Assembly: GCA_951406725.2 (NCBI GenBank)
Contig: OX597816.1
Location: 19,778,001-19,842,000 of the forward strand
Direction: 5' to 3'
Length of the DNA stretch: 64,000 nt
Origin: Octopus vulgaris
Lineage: Eukaryota
Positions 58,413 to 64,000 of this stretch are shown piece by piece; within the stretch, counting starts at the first letter, position 1; each line of letters starts with the position of its first letter. Under the pieces are notes generated by a model. That model saw nothing but the letters and a program-made list of their open reading frames with translations. It was not told where the DNA came from and made no database searches. Made by a program: the position numbers and the translations under genes.

Positions 58413-59682
58413 TGTCACGTTATGTCTGATTGATATTTATTGTCAGTAGAGTTAACCAGGCCTAACTTAATCTTCTAGTACTTATTCTTGTTATTTTAGA
58501 TGAATTAATTTCGTCTGAATAAAAGCAACACTTTTATATATAAATGCGCCACGTTTCTATTATTTTCTATTGAAAATAGCCGTGTCAAACTCTTCACCCC
58601 ATTTACTTGAATATCTAACTAGCAACCATCCAAGTATTTCCATGTCTATATTAGAAACTGCTTCTAGTTTTCTTGTTATTCCCATTTCTAATTTCACAGT
58701 AGTTGATAGCGTTAACTCATATGTCTAGTAATTTTCTGCTGTCTAGCTCGAGCGAGATGATTTTCAGGGCTTCCTTTACATTCGATTTTATTCTTCTCTT
58801 ATATTTTAGATTCAATTTTACTTGTTTTTTCTTGTTCTATATTTGTTTTCTTCCTACCACTATCTTGTCCAATATTAATACGACTGTGATGTTATCAGGC
58901 TGAGCAGAGTTATATCACACCATCAAGGAAGCTTTATTTGCGGAAAGACTGTCAGTTATTACGCTTAAAATCAACACTAGATGATATACAAAATCCGAAT
59001 TCATGTTATGTTATATACATGTTTTTTTTCCTATTTTTATGAGAATTTTAATGCATCGCAGACTAAATTATTACCACATTTTTCTACATTTTACCAGCTT
59101 GGGTATTTAAATGTAAAATATTTCAACCACATTTTGATAAATGTCCAATTATTTTTAACATTTTATTTATTTTTCAGTACAAATATCAATCACTGTATCA
59201 GCTAGCGACATTTTTGAGCATATATTCGTATACTTTCGAATTCTAAATTTTAACGGTTCTTAAGCAAAGTTTTTACTCTCATTCTTCGTTCTGTACATTG
59301 GCATTGCCATTTCTATTAACACATGTCTGAGTTATACCCATTTCCGCTGCGTCACTAACGATTTCATCATTTTATCATAAAGTTCATTGAAATGTGACAA
59401 AAAGTAACCAATTTTCAAAACTACCAGTGGTGTGTCTTCAAATAAATGTGCTTTTACTCTAACCGACAGAACGTAAGAAGATCGATGCAGAGTTTCTTCT
59501 GATGCATTCCGCAGCATATATCCACTTAGGTATTAACCTAGCTTCGCAAAATAATGAAACTGAAACCAAACAAAATATTGGAGTATGTGAGAGCAATATA
59601 TAAAGCAAATGATTAACCAACTACCAGTCTTGTTTCTGGTACTTACGCAAGAAGACATCAACTGAGGTAGCTGGAAGTATTT

Positions 59683-60175
59683 ACTCTTTATTTGTTTCAG
59701 TCATTCGACTGCGGCCATGCTGGAGCGCCGCCTTTAGTCGAGGAAATCGACCTCAGGACTTATTCTTTGTAAGCTACACACCTTCCTTCCAAGCACTGTT
59801 GTAAACAACGGAAGTAGCCTAGGACGCCGGACCTTAGTGCGCATGCACAGCAGCATCCAAGGTCAATCTGTACTAAGTGGCTTTACACTGCGTGCTTTAG
59901 CTTCCTTACTATGGCAACAATCTGGTTACGTATTGATGAGAACATGCATGCGTGTATGACTTTGTGTCTGTCGTTGTCCCCTCAACTGCTTGCCAACCGG
60001 TATTGGTTTCGTTATATCCCCGTAACGGCATTGATAAGCAAAAGAAACTGTTAGAATTAGCGCCAGCGTACATGTTAATTACTACTGGGAGAAGCTGTAA
60101 TGGCTTGATAACCTCTTCGTAACGATGCCCCAGCGTGGCTGCAAACCAAACCCTGAAACAAATACAAATATAAAA
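59683..60175. mobile_element. Two SINE family 2 fragments in opposite orientation (59683-59773 minus; ~59950-60175 plus)
   Basis: tgtttcagtcattcgactgcggccatgctggagc tail fragment, and a degraded tgtgtctgtcgttgtcccc...cagcgtggctgca...ctgaaaca. Confidence 0.6.
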
Positions 60176-61013
60176 TAGAGAAGGCAAAGCAGATTCTATT
60201 ATATTTTCTGCATTGAAGTTGCTTGTAAGAAATATTCAAAAAAGATTTTGGAAGATTATAAAATATATTTAATATTTACACATTGAAATGTAGTTATGCA
60301 TTTTTAGATTCAGTAAATCTCACTGTGATGTTCTCCATGGAACACGAACAAATTCAATCAATTTCTGCAAATGAATGCTTCAAACATTCTAATATGTGAC
60401 TTTAGAATCAAGAATGAGAAAGCCTTGGGAGGGATGCAAAGAGTATCAATAAAGCATATTTGTTAATCCATATTTCCTAAGAATTTCGCGAAAGATATTT
60501 AATTGCATTTTCTAATATTGTCATAAGTTCATGTTCATGCCTTCGTGGATATATGTGCAAATGTACACAGATTCACACCATGCATTTGTATGTGCATCAA
60601 GCAATATATTATAATATCTATATGTATGTATTAATATATATGCATATATGACTATAGTTATATGTGGATTGATGGATATGTATGTGCGTATATGTATATA
60701 GGGACATCAGAAAATTGAACGAAATTTCTTCCCGATGCAAAGACTCACAATCCCGGTTTCTTGGTTACAGTGGCGCAGGGCATTAATTGCTGCCACAAGT
60801 TTAAAAAAATTCCTTTAATGTCGTTACCTGTTCTTTAAGAACTAAAGATTTTCAACGGTTGCACCTAAAGTATATCAGCTGTGGTTATGTATATAAGTAG
60901 ATAACCACAATTACAGCCGCTTTATGCCCACAAAGCAACCAGGTCTACAACTTCTCTTCAGATACTAATGGCCGGTTATAAATCACGGACCATTAGGGTT
61001 TGAAGTGTCGTTA

Positions 61014-61317
61014 AAAATATGGGCACCTTATGGACGCTGTTAAGCTGAGTTACTCTGCAGACCAGCCGTAACTATATTTATCTACTTGTTCTAGTGCTCT
61101 ATAATTTAGATTTTAGTTCTGTTTCGGATTCATGATTTCCTGACGAACTCTCATTACCTCTCTCTATATCGCTCTATATAAATGCATACATGTGTGTGTG
61201 TATTATATATATATATAAAATCTAAATTATAGAGCAATAGAACAAGTAGATAAATATGGTTACGGCTGGTCTGCAGAGTAACCCAACTTAACAGCGTCCA
61301 TAAGGTGCCCAGATTTT
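61014..61317. repeat. Inverted repeat (~100-bp arms 61014-61115 / 61216-61317)
   Basis: gggcaccttatggacgctgttaag...tagatttta / taaaatcta...cttaacagcgtccataaggtgccc. Confidence 0.9.
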
Positions 61318-61331
61318 CAGTGGTCATCTCT

Positions 61332-61383
<52 letters not shown>

Positions 61384-61577
61384 CACAGACAATTATATGT
61401 ATGTATCTAAATATATGTGTATGTATGTAGCTGTATAACTGAATCGAAATTCATACGTCTCTTCGTTTAATACAAGATCTGGCCGTATATCTAGATATAT
61501 ATTTAACACAGTGGATCCAGCCTACATAGTTCATCTGACCCAATAATAAGCAACAGTTGTTTAATATTTTATTCCGT

Positions 61578-62540
61578 AAGGCGGCGAACTAGCAGAAACG
61601 TTAGCACGCCAAGCGAAGCGGTATTTAGTCTGCCTTTACGTACTGTGTTCACATTCCACCGAGGTCGGCTTTGCTTTTCATCATTCCGGGGTCGATTAAT
61701 TAAGTACCAGTTGCGTACTGGGGTCGATCCAATCTAATTGCCCCCTCCCTACAAATTTCGGGCTTTGTGCCTATAGTAAAAAGGAACATTTTAAGGTGGT
61801 AGGCTGGCAGAAATATTATCACGCTGGACGAAGTGCTTAGCGGTATTTCGTCTGTCTTTTTGTTCTGAGTTAAATTTCCGCCGAAGTCGACTTTGCCTTT
61901 CATCCTTTCGGGGTCGCTTAAATAAGTACGCATTGGGGTCGATATAATCGACTTAATCCGTTTGTCTGTCCTTGTTTGTTCCATCTGTGCTAAGCCCCTT
62001 GTGTGTAGTAAAGAAATAGGTATTTCGTCTGTTTCTATGTTCTGAGTTCAAAATCCGCCGAGGTCGACTTTGCTTTTCATCCTTTCGGGGTCGATTAAAT
62101 AAGTACCAGTTACACACTAGGGTCGATATAAAGGATTTAATCAGTTTGTCTATCCTTGTTTGTCCTCTCTGAGTTTGAACCCTTGTGGCTAGTAATGAAA
62201 TAGATATTTCTTCTGTCTTTACGTTCTGAGTTTAAATTCCACCGAGGTCGACTTAGCCTTTCATCCTTTCGGGTTCAAATAAATACCAGTCGCGTACTGG
62301 GGTCGATCCAATGGACTTTCTCCCTCCCACCAAAGTTCGGGCCTTGCGCCTATAGTAAAAAAGAATATTTTAAGGCCGCGAGCTGGCAGAAACTGTACTA
62401 CGCCGAGCGAAATACTTAGCGGCATTTCGTCTGTCTTTTCCTTCTGAGTTTAATTTCTGTCGAGGTCGACTTTACCTTTCGTTCTTTCGGGGTCGATAAA
62501 TTAATTATCGGTTGTGTACTTGGGTGATGTAATAAACTGC
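61578..62540 (+). mobile_element. Head-to-tail array of SINE family 1 units (5 cores)
   Basis: Cores near 61664, 61887, 62063, 62247, 62465; heads at 61578, 61793, 62372. Confidence 0.88.
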
Positions 62541-62579
62541 ATGTATGTATATATATATGAAGCGCTTGGCAACAAATTC

Positions 62580-63330
62580 TTTTTTTTTAATCATTCACAT
62601 ATACCACTGGAATCACCAGGAACAACTACATAGCTCACGTAATTTTGTTTTTCCCTCCATTTGCCGGCCTGAATTGCATAGCTTTGTGCTATATTCGTCT
62701 AATTGAATTATGCAGCACTATAACACCGAGTTTTGTGAATGCGTATCGCAAGCTTTATTGTTCATGCTCCATTTACTGTTTCATGTCTCCATCATATCAA
62801 TCCATATTCCGCATACAATTTGTCTTTAAATCTGGATTATTTTTGTTTGGGTGGTTACCAAAAAATGCTGAAATAATGAAAATAACGTCATTATAATACG
62901 CAGGAAAATATCCTAAAATGGATTGCAACGAGAACGCTCTTGAGTAACACACGTGATCCATATCATTTGCTTATATGTAATTTTAATAACAATTTTATTT
63001 CTGTTATCTGATTACATAGAGCCAGAAATTCTTTCAAGCTATTTCTCAATATGCCTGTGTTAAATTTTTATTGTACGTTCCATAGCATGATATAGAATAT
63101 TTCTTTAATATATCATTTTGCAGTTTTTCCCCTTTGATACCTACATAAATTTATAATCATTCTTGGAATTGCTGAGATTTATAGTCTCATATTATGTAAC
63201 CATTTCGAGCTGATGTGAGATACACACGACATTTGAGCTGATATTTGATTGACTTGAACGTTGGGTAAGAGTTATATAATGACAATTTTATACTTTATGC
63301 AAGGAACGTTTCCTTTTAGCATGATCCACG
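62580..63330 (-). pseudogene. SACS: Paralogous sacsin-like fragment D (post-SRR1 region) upstream of copy B
   Basis: ~62750 LRYAFTKLGVIVLHNSIRRI*HKAM ([25 protein letters not shown]); ~63220 VYLTSARNGYII (LELLPLQNGNFV); ~63045 SLKEFLALCNQ (ALKEAA...CTQ). Confidence 0.5.
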
Positions 63331-63366
63331 TGATTTTCTGGTGATTATTATTCATGACTCACTTAA

Positions 63367-63379
63367 GATATATATATAT

Positions 63380-63474
<95 letters not shown>

Positions 63475-63512
63475 TATATACATATATATACATATATATA
63501 TGTGTGTGTAGC

Positions 63513-63554
<42 letters not shown>

Positions 63555-63615
63555 TATAAATATACGTATGTGCAGATATATACACACACACACATATATA
63601 TATATACATTTATGC

Positions 63616-63646
<31 letters not shown>

Positions 63647-63669
63647 TATAAATATACATACGTGTAGAT

Positions 63670-63709
<40 letters not shown>

Positions 63710-63830
63710 GTTTATGTATACATATATATATATATTTATATATATATATATACGTATATATATATGTATATATGCACACGCACACACACGCATGTACACA
63801 GACACACATACTCACACACATATAAATGTA
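63367..63830. repeat. (TA)n/(CA)n microsatellite
   Basis: Seen directly. Confidence 0.95.
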
Positions 63831-64000
63831 TACTGACACAAGAAGATTTCGATATCAACAAAGGCATCTTCATCAGGCAAACGTTCATTTTGATTTACCT
63901 TCTCTCTACAACATCACCACCACTACCACTACGATGGACATTCTCAGCAAAGTCGCCATCGTTATCGTCATTGATCTCTTCATCTACATCATAATCATCA

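Larger units (their letters stand above)
37395..61570 (-). pseudogene. SACS: Decayed sacsin-like gene, copy B (SRR1, SRR2, SRR3 and downstream), interrupted by insertions
   Basis: Colinear on minus strand: 61521 AGSTVLNIYLDIR (AGATEVKFLYDE); ~60990 GP/VIYNRPLVSEE (GPALYVYNNAVFTPED); ~60390 RMFEAF (ELFESF); ORF 59332 SLVTQRKWV (YSISCDWV); ~57030 FFNSNSFITKSPFKSEEYK*ILPTKLGV ([29 protein letters not shown]); ORF 53621; ~52570 RIPLRS (FRFPLR-type motif); ~49050 KNDLPIRMLYR (KDDILWDDMLER); ~47110 KIFEKCG...YILDCI (ELFETVG...LVLESI); ~44820 HLCIYN (ALCVYN); ORF 44125 KILSVTGRKT (VLYSVKGKIT); ~37930 KLWAALLPVILSYVGNKLV (KDWALLPGTKFTVSANQLV). Confidence 0.75.

Noticed and set aside
61578-62540. CRISPR-like array
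   Set aside because: The units are ~200-bp SINE copies with homologous, not unique, intervening sequence; eukaryotic context and no cas genes.

Overview
AT-rich, microsatellite-laden eukaryotic DNA. The SINE and Penelope repeat complement resembles what I recall of octopus/cephalopod genomes (inference). I find no intact protein-coding gene; most ORF-track entries are microsatellite or SINE read-throughs. Hand translation of the apparently unique DNA between the repeats shows that much of it is a graveyard of heavily decayed sacsin-like (SACS) giant coding sequences. Copy A is on the + strand (~3.6-26.9 kb). A convergent copy B is on the - strand (~61.6-37.4 kb), with its C-terminal third flipped to the + strand (27.8-34.8 kb). 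Two further paralogous fragments are present. The cluster is broken by inversions that each leave one breakpoint segment duplicated in inverted orientation, seen at three scales (20 bp, 231 bp and ~335 bp duplications). Insertions include Penelope-like, R4/Dong-like, RTE (one 5'-inverted with TSD, one internally deleted with an HDV-like 5' end) and Tx1/L1-like remnants, three tRNA-SINE families, Helentron-type non-autonomous elements, MITEs, and fold-back pseudo-LTR pairs with minimal hammerhead-like motifs. All protein matches are by eye against human sacsin and TE motifs recalled from memory; boundaries are approximate.
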